A stretch of 64,000 bases of DNA from Escherichia phage FL04. Positions 45,565-54,462 of the stretch are shown in pieces. The stretch is taken from the sequence record PP358550; one strand, 5' to 3'. A model generated the notes under the pieces. It ran no database searches and was not told the DNA's origin. It was given only the letters and a program-made list of their open reading frames with translations. Positions within the stretch are counted from its first letter, which is position 1. Each line of letters opens with the position of its first letter. Made by a program: the position numbers and the translations under genes.

Positions 45565-46557
45565 ATGACTAAAGCAAAAATCACCGTCTCTGACCGTAAC
45601 GTTCAATGCCTGGATTCTGCGAAACAAATCAAACTGGCTAAACAGTGGGGCGAAGGTAAGTTTACTACCCGCGAAGCACTTGCGGCAGCATTTGGTGTAT
45701 CTCGTCGCACTGCCTCCCGTGTATTACTGATTCAGAAAGACGCAGTAGCGGAAGGTCGCCAGGCACTAGAAAAACGTAAAGCACGCCGTAAAACCAGTAA
45801 AGGAAAAGGCGGTGAACGCGCAAAAAAGCCCGTGACTACTTCCTCAAAAATCGTAGCAATAGCCTCAACTAAGTTTATTACTATTACATGCGGTGACATT
45901 GTTTATACTGCTGATCCGTCGCATGTTAACTTTAATGAAGCACTGGAAGCGATTAAACATAATGATTTCATCAAAGCTATTACGCTGATTGACATTAAGA
46001 AAGCGGTTGAAGTATATTATCACGGCGCTTTCCGTATCGAAAATGGTATTGTGTATTATCATAATATTGTTCTTGATAATAATCTGACTCGTCGAGTTGT
46101 GGAGTCGATTAAAGAGAATAAGCCATATACGCACTATCTGAACTTCTTTGAGAAGTGCAAGAAAAACCCTAGCCGTAAGGCCGTAGATCGTCTATTTGAC
46201 TTCTTAGAGCACAACGACATTGAGATCGTGGAAGATGGTTGTTTCTATGCATGGAAACGTGTTGATGTTGATTATAAAGATTTCTTTACGCATACGTTTG
46301 ATAATAGCCCAGGTCGCACGGTTAAAATGAAGCGTAAAGACGTGGACCCAGATGATGATCGCACTTGCTCTAATGGACTCCACGTTGCAGCGAAACACTA
46401 TATTCCGCACTATGGCGGTGGACGAGGCCGAATCATTAAATGTAAAGTTGATCCGCGTCACGTTGTAAGTATCCCGAAAGATTATGCGAATGCCAAAATG
46501 CGCTGTCATCGTTACTATGTGGTTGAAGATGTGACCGAAGGGTTTAGCCATTACTAA
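45565..46557 (+). CDS. rIIB: rIIB protein
   Basis: Extended identity to T4 rIIB in C-terminal two-thirds (KAVDRLFDFL, TFDNSPGRTVKM, CSNGLHVA, DPRHVVSIPKDYANAKMR, VVEDVTEGF). Confidence 0.9.
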   Translation: MTKAKITVSDRNVQCLDSAKQIKLAKQWGEGKFTTREALAAAFGVSRRTASRVLLIQKDAVAEGRQALEKRKARRKTSKGKGGERAKKPVTTSSKIVAIASTKFITITCGDIVYTADPSHVNFNEALEAIKHNDFIKAITLIDIKKAVEVYYHGAFRIENGIVYYHNIVLDNNLTRRVVESIKENKPYTHYLNFFEKCKKNPSRKAVDRLFDFLEHNDIEIVEDGCFYAWKRVDVDYKDFFTHTFDNSPGRTVKMKRKDVDPDDDRTCSNGLHVAAKHYIPHYGGGRGRIIKCKVDPRHVVSIPKDYANAKMRCHRYYVVEDVTEGFSHY

Positions 46558-46571
46558 CAGAGGAATTAATT

Positions 46572-46898
46572 ATGATTGATATGAAAGTTACTTGCGAAAG
46601 TGCACATGTTGAAGTTGAAAGTAGCCAATATTCATTGCGTCCGTCCGGTCGCGTTACTGTGACTATGGATGATGTTGATTTGGTTAATAATGTTAGTGTT
46701 GAAGATATCGTTAATGAGTATGATCATAGCGAACTGCTAGACGCAATTCCTGAACATGTTGTGATCCAGCACGTAGTAAGCAATAATGATCCATCGACTT
46801 TCATTAAAGAATATGGCGCTGATGAAATGCTCGATGAAATTGGTGAAAAGATTGTTATTGCATGGCTTGAAAACAACGGTTATACTGTAGAACAATAA
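46572..46898 (+). CDS. hypothetical acidic protein
   Basis: AGAGGAATTAATT-ATG. Confidence 0.5.
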   Translation: MIDMKVTCESAHVEVESSQYSLRPSGRVTVTMDDVDLVNNVSVEDIVNEYDHSELLDAIPEHVVIQHVVSNNDPSTFIKEYGADEMLDEIGEKIVIAWLENNGYTVEQ

Positions 46899-46905
46899 TC
46901 AACAT

Positions 46906-46929
46906 AGGCCGCTTTGCGCGGCCTTTCTT
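46906..46929 (+). terminator. rho-independent terminator
   Basis: GGCCGC-loop-GCGGCC hairpin followed by TTTCTT. Confidence 0.5.
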
Positions 46930-46943
46930 AGAGGGAATACATT

Positions 46944-47237
46944 ATGACGGTCACGGTTATTACCAAATACGACGACGAAAATGTGATTTACGGTGATGTG
47001 GTTGTTGTTCACGGTCGTAGCATGAAAGTTACTGGTAATTGTAAAGATGGTGCTATTATTTGCGGTGAATTGGTGAGAACAGTCAATCCTATCACCGACG
47101 AACAAAAGCGAGTCATTATCAGAAAACTTAAAGACAGTGGATATTGTAACGTCGTGGTGATTCAAGAAAAAATTGAAGTAGGCCAGTTATACACAAATCA
47201 GAAAACAATTCCAGTATCAATGATGAAAGGCGGTTAA
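46944..47237 (+). CDS. hypothetical protein
   Basis: AGAGGGAATACATT-ATG. Confidence 0.5.
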   Translation: MTVTVITKYDDENVIYGDVVVVHGRSMKVTGNCKDGAIICGELVRTVNPITDEQKRVIIRKLKDSGYCNVVVIQEKIEVGQLYTNQKTIPVSMMKGG

Positions 47238-47239
47238 TA

Positions 47240-47602
47240 ATGCTAGGTCATTCTAAAATAGAAGATTGCTCATTCAGAGCAATGAAAGATGATTTTTCGG
47301 TCCTGTACGCGTCTATCCGAGAGTTGTTTGTAGATTTTAAGCAATTCAGGGAATACAAAGGCGTTAAGATGCGGGAGTGGGTATTCTGGCCTTTCTATAT
47401 CATTACTCTGTTTTCTATGGTATTTTGTTTTGTCGGGATCACTATCGCTAGTTTTGTCACTTGCGTTTTCCTGATTATCAGGTGTATCATGTTTGCTTTG
47501 ATTGCTGCCCCGTTTATTGTGTCAATCCTTCCGTTAAAATGGCTATTGGATTGGGCTGATAAATCTGATAAAGTAAAGAATGTGATTTGTAAGCGTGTAT
47601 GA
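47240..47602 (+). CDS. hypothetical membrane protein
   Basis: Two to three hydrophobic helices in translation. Confidence 0.5.
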   Translation: MLGHSKIEDCSFRAMKDDFSVLYASIRELFVDFKQFREYKGVKMREWVFWPFYIITLFSMVFCFVGITIASFVTCVFLIIRCIMFALIAAPFIVSILPLKWLLDWADKSDKVKNVICKRV

Positions 47603-47609
47603 GGTGAAG

Positions 47610-48956
47610 ATGAATAAATCAGTTACTTACCGCAGCCTTGAAAGCATTGTACATAATGAAGCTAAGGAATATGCGATCTATTCTGCCGAGGAACGCGGGA
47701 TTCCTCAATTAGTAGATGGGCTTAAACCAGTGCAACGCTTTGTTATGGAATGTGCTTTGCAAAAGAGTAAAGGCGACCGTAAGAAATTCCGTAAGATGGC
47801 AGATATTGGATCTGGTGTTGCTGAATTGGGGTATCACCACGGCGAAACTAATGCCGTAGAAGCCGGATCACTCATGGCGAATACATGGAGCAATAATACT
47901 CCACTGCTTGACGGTCAAGGTAACTTCGGATCTCGTTTAGTCCAGAAAGCAGGTGCAGCACGTTATATCTTTGCTCGTGTGCATGAAAACTTCTTTAAAA
48001 TCTATAAAGATATGAATTGCGCACCTAAGCACGAAGATCTGGAACACATCCCGCCAGCGTTCTACTTGCCAGTTGTGCCAATGGTATTGGCTAATGGTAT
48101 TAGTGGTATTGCTACAGGGTATAAAACTGACATTTTACCGCATTCACTGGAAAGCCTCATTGAATGCACAGAGCTAGCACTTGCCGGAAAACTGGATAAA
48201 GAACCTAGTGTTCAATTCCCGAAATTCACGGGTAAAGTTATCCCGCGAGATGATCGCGATGGTGTGATTCTTGAGGGTACATATGAACTAAACGGAAAGA
48301 CTAAGCTGACAATATCAGAAGTTCCTTATAAGTTCGACCGTGAGGAATATGTAGCGGTACTGGATGCACTGGAAGAAAAAGATCTGATTGTCTCATATAA
48401 TGACCGTTGCTCTAAGGACGGATTCAGATTTGAAGTAACACTGAAACGCGATTATTTCAAAAGCGAAGATGAATCCGCTCGACATGAGCAAATCATGAAG
48501 GATTTTAAACTAACGCAGTTAGTAGCCCAGAATATCGTAGTGGTTAATGAACGTGGTTTAGTAGAAGTATTCGAGAAAGCGAGCGATCTGATCCGTCGAT
48601 TCGTCGAAATCCGATTAGGGTATGTCGATAAACGCATTGAATTGATGCAAGCGGAAACGCTGGAAGCATACAATTATGCAATGGCTAAAGCCGAATTTAT
48701 CGATCGCGTAATTAAGGGCGAAATCGAGCTACAGGGCAAGAAAAAGGCCGAGGTAATGCAATCCATCAATGGACATGAAAAACTGCGTCCATACGCCGAT
48801 AAGCTAGTTTCTATGCCATTGTATAGCGTTACTCAAGAAGAGTATGATCGACTGGTCAAAGATGCCGATAAACATCATAGTGAATATGAGTATTGGACAA
48901 AGACGACCGCAATGAAGGAATATAAGAAAGATCTTAAAGAACTTAAGAAGGGTTGA
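47610..48956 (+). CDS. 52: DNA topoisomerase II medium subunit (GyrA-like) gp52
   Basis: ATG 47610 after GAGGTGA; strong similarity to T4 gp52 (GLKPVQRFV, LLDGQGNFGSR, ARYIFARV, HIPPAFYLP). Confidence 0.95.
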   Translation: MNKSVTYRSLESIVHNEAKEYAIYSAEERGIPQLVDGLKPVQRFVMECALQKSKGDRKKFRKMADIGSGVAELGYHHGETNAVEAGSLMANTWSNNTPLLDGQGNFGSRLVQKAGAARYIFARVHENFFKIYKDMNCAPKHEDLEHIPPAFYLPVVPMVLANGISGIATGYKTDILPHSLESLIECTELALAGKLDKEPSVQFPKFTGKVIPRDDRDGVILEGTYELNGKTKLTISEVPYKFDREEYVAVLDALEEKDLIVSYNDRCSKDGFRFEVTLKRDYFKSEDESARHEQIMKDFKLTQLVAQNIVVVNERGLVEVFEKASDLIRRFVEIRLGYVDKRIELMQAETLEAYNYAMAKAEFIDRVIKGEIELQGKKKAEVMQSINGHEKLRPYADKLVSMPLYSVTQEEYDRLVKDADKHHSEYEYWTKTTAMKEYKKDLKELKKG

Positions 48957-49156
48957 TTATGAAAGAATATCCAGAAGGCGGTTATATTGCATTTCTGTAC
49001 AACAATAAAAAGATTGTGCCAATTGTCGTTGAAACACTGGAAGAATCCAACCGGATCACCAGTGAATCTCTGAGCAAATTAGCAGAAATGACAAACACGC
49101 CAGAACACAGAGCAAAGATCGACAGCTTGATGAAAGAATTATCAGAGAGGAAATAA
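48953..49156 (+). CDS. hypothetical protein
   Basis: ORF with ATGA overlap. Confidence 0.5.
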   Translation: MIMKEYPEGGYIAFLYNNKKIVPIVVETLEESNRITSESLSKLAEMTNTPEHRAKIDSLMKELSERK

Positions 49157-49159
49157 ATT

Positions 49160-49555
49160 ATGACTGAACGACGCATCACTTCAAATGGTTTGGGTACTCA
49201 TCATGCATGGATGGTTGACCCAGACAAAAATCCTTATAAACTTTACGATACAACAATTAAACCGTGGAATAATGGTGTGTGGAAAACACCACCCACAACA
49301 GCACCTATTATGACTGATCCGAAACCGATTAGCCCGATGGCGGAACCAGTACAGATCAAGCCGTTACCTTACCAGATAACGACGAATAGCATCACCAACA
49401 AACAAGAAAATGATATTGATATGATCTACGAGATGATTAAACTTTGGCGTGATGTTTATCTGGGTGTTCTATGCAACACAGATAAAAGTGCACATGCGGC
49501 AGCGGTGCTGGCATCTCATGCAGTAGACGAAGCCAAAAAGAAATTTAGTAAGTAA
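49160..49555 (+). CDS. hypothetical protein
   Basis: ORF. Confidence 0.5.
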   Translation: MTERRITSNGLGTHHAWMVDPDKNPYKLYDTTIKPWNNGVWKTPPTTAPIMTDPKPISPMAEPVQIKPLPYQITTNSITNKQENDIDMIYEMIKLWRDVYLGVLCNTDKSAHAAAVLASHAVDEAKKKFSK

Positions 49556-49564
49556 CTGACTATT

Positions 49565-49596
49565 AAGCCGATCCTTGTGGTCGGCTTTTTTATTTG
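49565..49596 (+). terminator. rho-independent terminator
   Basis: AAGCCGATCC-TTG-TGGTCGGCTT hairpin plus TTTTTTATTT. Confidence 0.7.
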
Positions 49597-49605
49597 AAAA
49601 GTTGT

Positions 49606-49634
49606 TTGACTTCCATAATCCAGCATTGCATAAT
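49606..49634 (+). promoter_or_regulatory. sigma70-type promoter
   Basis: TTGACT 49606-49611, spacer 17, CATAAT 49629-49634. Confidence 0.5.
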
Positions 49635-49665
49635 ACACACAGTGAAACAAAAAGGAGATTCAAAA

Positions 49666-49872
49666 ATGAAAGTACGTTGCATTGAAACCGATCACATCAA
49701 TTATAGCTTTGGTGTCGGGTGTGATTATGATGTTGATGTATTCACGGACAATAGCGGAAACACATTTGATGTAGTTCATGGTGACTATATTTGGTTTTAC
49801 TTTGACAAACAACAACTTACTGCAACCAAACGAAACGGTGATCCGGTAGCAAAATTTGAAATAATCGAATAA
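49666..49872 (+). CDS. hypothetical protein
   Basis: ATG 49666 after AAAGGAGATTCAAAA. Confidence 0.5.
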   Translation: MKVRCIETDHINYSFGVGCDYDVDVFTDNSGNTFDVVHGDYIWFYFDKQQLTATKRNGDPVAKFEIIE

Positions 49873-49878
49873 AATCTA

Positions 49879-49907
49879 TTGACACTGAATAATGGGAGTA
49901 GTAATAT
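49879..49907 (+). promoter_or_regulatory. sigma70-type promoter with GGGAGTA/TACTCCC dyad
   Basis: TTGACA 49879-49884, spacer 17, TAATAT 49902-49907; palindrome 49894-49913. Confidence 0.6.
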
Positions 49908-49938
49908 ACTCCCATTCCAAACAAAAGGAGAATCAAAG

Positions 49939-50211
49939 ATGAGCAACGAAAACAGCAAAGTGTTAGCAATTGCAAATAAAGTAGGTTACTGGAAATGCTG
50001 GGATGATATGGAGAAATTAGGCGGTCGCTATCTCGATAACTTAGAGTTGCATTATTGCCAAGCGCGTAATGCAGAAGTTGCTGGAGTAGCAATTGAAGAT
50101 ATCCCGTCTAAGGTCTTCGGATTCTCTAAAGATGATACTCTAGAATATGTTTTCAAGGCTGTTATGGATCAAGCATGGGAAGACGCAGAGACACGCGCTC
50201 TTGATTGGTGA
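49939..50211 (+). CDS. hypothetical protein
   Basis: ATG 49939 after AAAGGAGAATCAAAG. Confidence 0.5.
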   Translation: MSNENSKVLAIANKVGYWKCWDDMEKLGGRYLDNLELHYCQARNAEVAGVAIEDIPSKVFGFSKDDTLEYVFKAVMDQAWEDAETRALDW

Positions 50212-50215
50212 TAAT

Positions 50216-50386
50216 ATGAACTGGTATAAAATTTGGAAAAATCAGGTGGAGGCTTATCTAGGGTATAAGCCCACCGACAAAGAATTACTTGATGCAATGT
50301 ATGAAGACGGACTAAATCCGAAAGTAGCCGCGCAAGAATACGCGGAATGGGTGAAGGTCGAAGATAACCTAAAGAGGAAACTATGA
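50216..50386 (+). CDS. hypothetical small protein
   Basis: ATG 50216; track ORF 50147 overlaps upstream gene. Confidence 0.4.
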   Translation: MNWYKIWKNQVEAYLGYKPTDKELLDAMYEDGLNPKVAAQEYAEWVKVEDNLKRKL

Positions 50387-50607
50387 AGAAAATGATTGCG
50401 ATTGCTTTGTTGGCGAGCGCATGTACTGTAAATGCTAACACCGCAGCGATGGTCGCGGCTGTAACTGCCGCAAATGCTTCCGTTATGGCATCGCAAGAGG
50501 CAGCACGCCAGCAAGCACAACAAGAAGCCAAGCGAAAAGCACATGAGGCGACGAAAAATTTTCACGAAAATAACAAAAAACTAGTTGACGCCAAAGGTCA
50601 TCGGTAG
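50383..50607 (+). CDS. small secreted protein, probable lipoprotein
   Basis: N-terminal signal peptide MKKMIAIALLASAC with lipobox-like ASAC, then Ala/Gln-rich mature part. Confidence 0.5.
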   Translation: MKKMIAIALLASACTVNANTAAMVAAVTAANASVMASQEAARQQAQQEAKRKAHEATKNFHENNKKLVDAKGHR

Positions 50608-50613
50608 TATTAT
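50585..50613 (+). promoter_or_regulatory. sigma70-type promoter with degenerate dyad
   Basis: TTGACG 50585-50590, spacer 17, TATTAT 50608-50613; right arm TACTCCC 50613-50619. Confidence 0.5.
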
Positions 50614-50647
50614 ACTCCCATACCGAAACGAACTGGAGGAAATAAAA

Positions 50648-50890
50648 ATGGTTAAAGTGAATGTTATCGAAGTTGCACTGTACGACGCTGGGATCTTCCT
50701 GAATGAAAAAGAAGCTGCCGTGCTCGATGAACTGAAAACTGTTTTTGTTCCTGTAGTCGAAGACGATGAAGCAATCAAAATCGCTTCTCGTAAACTGTCC
50801 CGCGAAGCATTCGACATGATTGATCCGGTTTTCAAAGTTATGCACGAATGCGCGGTTATGATGACCGAAGAAGAAGCGAAAAATTTCTAA
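50648..50890 (+). CDS. hypothetical acidic protein
   Basis: ATG 50648 after GGAGGAAATAAAA. Confidence 0.5.
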   Translation: MVKVNVIEVALYDAGIFLNEKEAAVLDELKTVFVPVVEDDEAIKIASRKLSREAFDMIDPVFKVMHECAVMMTEEEAKNF

Positions 50891-50897
50891 AAACTAG

Positions 50898-50926
50898 TTG
50901 ACGTAAAGATAAGGGAGTAGTAATAT
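50898..50926 (+). promoter_or_regulatory. sigma70-type promoter with GGGAGTA/TACTCCC dyad
   Basis: TTGACG 50898-50903, spacer 17, TAATAT 50921-50926; palindrome 50913-50932. Confidence 0.6.
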
Positions 50927-50955
50927 ACTCCCATACCAAACGAAAGGAGAATCAC

Positions 50956-51168
50956 ATGAAATCTATTGAGCAAGTAGTGACTGAATTTATGAGCTACGAA
51001 GGAAACCGCATCTTTGGACGTTCTCAAGTTCGCGAGATCGTAGAAGAAGTTGCGGGAGAGTTTGCGGAATCTGGTCACGTTATCACGCAAGAACGTAAAG
51101 AAGAAGCAGTAAGCCAGATCATGGCTATGCAGAAAATGCGTATTAATGCACGAGCGGGTAAAAATTAA
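50956..51168 (+). CDS. hypothetical protein
   Basis: AAAGGAGAATCAC-ATG. Confidence 0.5.
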   Translation: MKSIEQVVTEFMSYEGNRIFGRSQVREIVEEVAGEFAESGHVITQERKEEAVSQIMAMQKMRINARAGKN

Positions 51169-51178
51169 AAAATAGTTG

Positions 51179-51207
51179 TTGACAGGGGATCGCCGATCCC
51201 CTATAAT
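51179..51207 (+). promoter_or_regulatory. sigma70-type promoter with GGGGATCGCCGATCCCC palindrome as spacer
   Basis: TTGACA 51179-51184, spacer 17, TATAAT 51202-51207; two GATC sites. Confidence 0.6.
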
Positions 51208-51238
51208 GAACTCATCAAGACAACGAAGGAGAATCAAA

Positions 51239-51394
51239 ATGAAACATACTCACAAATTAATGGTTAAATTTGAAGGCGCTAAGGGATATGAACGTTACGG
51301 TGTATTCTTCTCTGAGGATGATGCATGGGATGCTGGTTTGGCGACGTTCGCCGAGCACAACAACATTGAAGACTTTACTGTAGAAGAAATTTAA
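51239..51394 (+). CDS. hypothetical small protein
   Basis: ATG 51239 after AAGGAGAATCAAA; track ORF start 51176 runs through promoter. Confidence 0.45.
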   Translation: MKHTHKLMVKFEGAKGYERYGVFFSEDDAWDAGLATFAEHNNIEDFTVEEI

Positions 51395-51401
51395 AAAGTA
51401 T

Positions 51402-51430
51402 TTGACATCGGATTAAGGGAGTAGTAAGAT
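51402..51430 (+). promoter_or_regulatory. sigma70-type promoter with GGGAGTA/TACTCCC dyad
   Basis: TTGACA 51402-51407, spacer 17, TAAGAT 51425-51430; palindrome 51417-51436. Confidence 0.6.
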
Positions 51431-51464
51431 ACTCCCATCAAGACAAAACACTGAGGAATATATT

Positions 51465-52211
51465 ATGAAAAACATTATCGCTGCTATCGTTCTTTCTGCT
51501 ACTGCTTTCGGTGCTAACGCTGCGTCCTTTGATTGCGCTAAAGCTACTACCAAATCAGAGAAGTTTATTTGTGCTAATGAGTCTATCTCCGCACTGGACT
51601 CTAAACTTCATGAGGTGTATGTTAAGGCTGTTAAGATTGATCCGTCTCTGAAACAAGAGCAACGAAACTGGAATAAAACTGTTCGTGATACAATGATCAA
51701 TATCGGGCAGATTCAGCCACTGGAGGCTGTATATAACGCTCAAATCCAAAACTTGATGAATGTATTACCTAAAGAAGAAAGCGATTCAGAGACTTCTGCG
51801 AAGGTTGAAGAAGAACAACCGAAACAGGAAGCAAAAGTGGTAGAAGAACCGAAGGTCGAAACTTTTACCTATCAATGCACCGTTCGTTATGAGTGGAGTA
51901 TGAAAGATGGAATTTCCACAAAAATTAAAGAGGCTCCACTGTATGCAAAATATGGAAACCAGCCAGGGGATCTTAAAGTAACCATTAAAAATGGGAAGAT
52001 GGTTGATTTTGTATACATTGATGAATACAACGTACACAAAGCAAACGTACAAGAAACCGTTATGACTAAAGGCGGGTTTTATAAGAATGTTGGCAAGAAA
52101 GATCTATATGAATACTCCGTTTTCGAACCAAACGACGGAACTATTCGATTTGAAAAACGTCATCCTACATTCGGTGGCGCAATTGATGTAGATCAATACG
52201 TTTGCAAGTAA
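51465..52211 (+). CDS. secreted (periplasmic) protein with possible LprI/DUF1311-like N-terminal domain
   Basis: Signal peptide MKNIIAAIVLSATAFGANA; then C..A.T..E.FIC...S...LD..L..VY pattern; GAGGAATATATT-ATG. Confidence 0.6.
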   Translation: MKNIIAAIVLSATAFGANAASFDCAKATTKSEKFICANESISALDSKLHEVYVKAVKIDPSLKQEQRNWNKTVRDTMINIGQIQPLEAVYNAQIQNLMNVLPKEESDSETSAKVEEEQPKQEAKVVEEPKVETFTYQCTVRYEWSMKDGISTKIKEAPLYAKYGNQPGDLKVTIKNGKMVDFVYIDEYNVHKANVQETVMTKGGFYKNVGKKDLYEYSVFEPNDGTIRFEKRHPTFGGAIDVDQYVCK

Positions 52212-52222
52212 GAGGTTAAATT

Positions 52223-52495
52223 ATGCAATTCAATAACATGAAGATTACAAAAGATTGGTGGAAGGCGATGCAAGATACTCCAGAAACCAAATTAAGCGAG
52301 ACAACAACCACAATACAAGTTGATTACGAAGATCCGAAAGACATATACAGAGAGCTTATAAAAGCTGGAAACTATCAAACACCAGATGGCCTTATTGACA
52401 TGATGGTTAAAGGTCTGTATAGTGGTAAAAATCCAGATATTTTACCGTGGTACGAGGGATATTTTAAAACATATCGTGACCACAACCGAAAATAA
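52223..52495 (+). CDS. hypothetical protein
   Basis: ORF after GAGG RBS. Confidence 0.45.
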   Translation: MQFNNMKITKDWWKAMQDTPETKLSETTTTIQVDYEDPKDIYRELIKAGNYQTPDGLIDMMVKGLYSGKNPDILPWYEGYFKTYRDHNRK

Positions 52496-52518
52496 TTTGT
52501 TGACGTGAGGATTATATT

Positions 52519-52710
52519 ATGGTAATTTTTAATCGTGATGGTATTATAGTTCGACAGCATCCATTCCTTGAATACTATCAGGTTGAACAATGGGGATATG
52601 GAGATTGCAACCGCTCATACGGTCAAAGCTGGGGATACCGTACAGTTTTTGAATCAACTAATATTGACAAAGTACGACAGAAAGTTTTAGAACTTCTTAA
52701 CGATAAGTGA
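52519..52710 (+). CDS. hypothetical protein
   Basis: GAGGATTATATT-ATG. Confidence 0.45.
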   Translation: MVIFNRDGIIVRQHPFLEYYQVEQWGYGDCNRSYGQSWGYRTVFESTNIDKVRQKVLELLNDK

Positions 52711-52720
52711 GGATTACATC

Positions 52721-53089
52721 ATGGAAATTCAAAACAATTACGAAAAATGTGTTATTATCAATGATCTGCAACGTCAATTGCATCATTACGAAACCGATTA
52801 TAAAACAGCAACCAAAACCGGAAAGCTGAAAGTGTGGGAAGTCTGGTATAACCGGAACTATCTGGGAAGCATCCACAAACTTGATCGCAGTGATGTTTAT
52901 ACAATGCATGTGGGCGCGTGTGGCGAATCGGATGTAGCATCTAATTTCATGGAAGCACTTGCATTCTATGTAGAATATCTGGTAGACTATATCGAGTTGG
53001 AAGAGGAAGTGGTAGAATTGCTTCCTCCACCGGAAGAAGCGCCGGAAGCAACGATCCTGAAAGCATTAAAGAAAATCTTTGTTAAGTGA
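52721..53089 (+). CDS. hypothetical protein
   Basis: GAGGATTACATC-ATG. Confidence 0.5.
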   Translation: MEIQNNYEKCVIINDLQRQLHHYETDYKTATKTGKLKVWEVWYNRNYLGSIHKLDRSDVYTMHVGACGESDVASNFMEALAFYVEYLVDYIELEEEVVELLPPPEEAPEATILKALKKIFVK

Positions 53090-53097
53090 GGTGAACT

Positions 53098-53430
53098 ATG
53101 AAAAATGTACTGATTGTGTGGGAACTGATTCCAGAAACTACTGAATTATATATGGTACAGGTTGATAATAAAGAATTTGAAATTCTGAAACGCGTCAACT
53201 GCAAATATATTAACATTGATGACATGACCCCAGAAATGGACTATGTAAACTATGCTCTCATGCAGCCTAGTTGGATTATGGATGAAACCAAAGCAGACGC
53301 CGAATCGCTGGGTGTGCCGGAAGAAGTATTAGCGAAATGGCATCAATTCAAAGTTGAAATAAAAGAGGGTGAACCGTTTATTCCTAGCGGTATGATCGAT
53401 GCGGTGATTGTAACAGGTTTTCATCTGTAA
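53098..53430 (+). CDS. hypothetical protein
   Basis: GAGGTGAACT-ATG. Confidence 0.5.
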   Translation: MKNVLIVWELIPETTELYMVQVDNKEFEILKRVNCKYINIDDMTPEMDYVNYALMQPSWIMDETKADAESLGVPEEVLAKWHQFKVEIKEGEPFIPSGMIDAVIVTGFHL

Positions 53431-53442
53431 GGACATTATACA

Positions 53443-53775
53443 ATGTTTAACTATGACAAATATGAATCATGGAAAGCGACCGAATTGAAAGAGGCAGCGC
53501 GGTTAATCACACCGCGTCTTTATCCGGTGTTGTTTAGCGCCGATAAAGTAACAAGGGAAGTAAACGAGGCTCTATCGGTTTTAGGCTATCTGATCGATAA
53601 AGTAGAGAAAACATCGGTATTCACAAATAGTGTAGAATATACCCGGTATCGAGTGTTTTTAGATTCCTTGCTCGTTGTCATTAAGGCACTAAATGATCAT
53701 AACTACACCATGAACATGACGAAAATAATCGACGAAGCAAGAATTATGACAGAGAATATTTTCGGTAAATTTTGA
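53443..53775 (+). CDS. hypothetical protein (paralog of 53890..54213)
   Basis: C-terminal DEARIMTENIFGKF matches NDARKLAENVYGKF of neighbour. Confidence 0.5.
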   Translation: MFNYDKYESWKATELKEAARLITPRLYPVLFSADKVTREVNEALSVLGYLIDKVEKTSVFTNSVEYTRYRVFLDSLLVVIKALNDHNYTMNMTKIIDEARIMTENIFGKF

Positions 53776-53889
53776 TTATGAAAGATGATGAATCATTGAA
53801 AATTGCACTGGTTATGCTATTACAAGGTATAGAATTAGCAAACCACGAAAAAATGTTGACACAACAGCGTGAAATTATGAGAGGTGATT

Positions 53890-54213
53890 ATGATCGAGTT
53901 TGAAATTGACAACTTTCACGAAAAAGCAGAAGACCTAACCAAAATTTTGATTAGTCGAGGTGCATATAATACGAAAGATATTATAAAAGAAGTTAATGTA
54001 GCGATGGACGCGATCCGAAAGGAATTTAAACATATTTCAGCGATTGGAGAAAATGGTCATCTTGAAGATGTTGAGCTGGTAGCACTGCGACGCTATTACT
54101 TCTTTGTTGATTGCATCATTGATCTAGCTAAAAATTATAGTCATTACATGAAAGATATTGTAAACGATGCACGTAAGTTGGCAGAGAATGTTTACGGGAA
54201 GTTTCCAGAATGA
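53890..54213 (+). CDS. hypothetical protein (paralog of 53443..53775)
   Basis: ATG 53890 after AGAGG; shared C-terminal motif. Confidence 0.5.
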   Translation: MIEFEIDNFHEKAEDLTKILISRGAYNTKDIIKEVNVAMDAIRKEFKHISAIGENGHLEDVELVALRRYYFFVDCIIDLAKNYSHYMKDIVNDARKLAENVYGKFPE

Positions 54214-54458
54214 AATTAGAACAAGCGATTGTATACTTTGAGATGGGCTATGATATTGCTCGTGTAGAGTGGGAAGATGGTGATTTTGTCCGATTGATTG
54301 ATCTTCCAGAAACAGCTATTGCACTGGTCAAAGTAGAAAACGGCATACAACGAAATTACGCGTTTTCTGACGAAGACAAACAAGCCGATGACTGGTACGC
54401 TACCTGTTTTCATCATACAGCGTCAAAATGTGATTCAGGGGCTTCTATGCGCCAATAA
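54210..54458 (+). CDS. hypothetical protein
   Basis: ORF, last plus-strand gene before convergent terminator. Confidence 0.45.
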   Translation: MKLEQAIVYFEMGYDIARVEWEDGDFVRLIDLPETAIALVKVENGIQRNYAFSDEDKQADDWYATCFHHTASKCDSGASMRQ

Positions 54459-54462
54459 AAAG

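Noticed and set aside
6081-51436. Recurring 20-bp palindromes (GGGAGTA-N6-TACTCCC) as possible CRISPR repeats or a mobile-element terminal repeat
   Set aside because: Copies are irregularly spaced, always sit between -35 and -10 promoter hexamers upstream of genes, and there are no cas or transposase genes; treated as regulatory elements instead.
52497-52502. TTGACG directly abutting the RBS of the 52519 gene as a promoter
   Set aside because: No -10 hexamer at a workable distance; the hexamer is only 5 bp from the Shine-Dalgarno.
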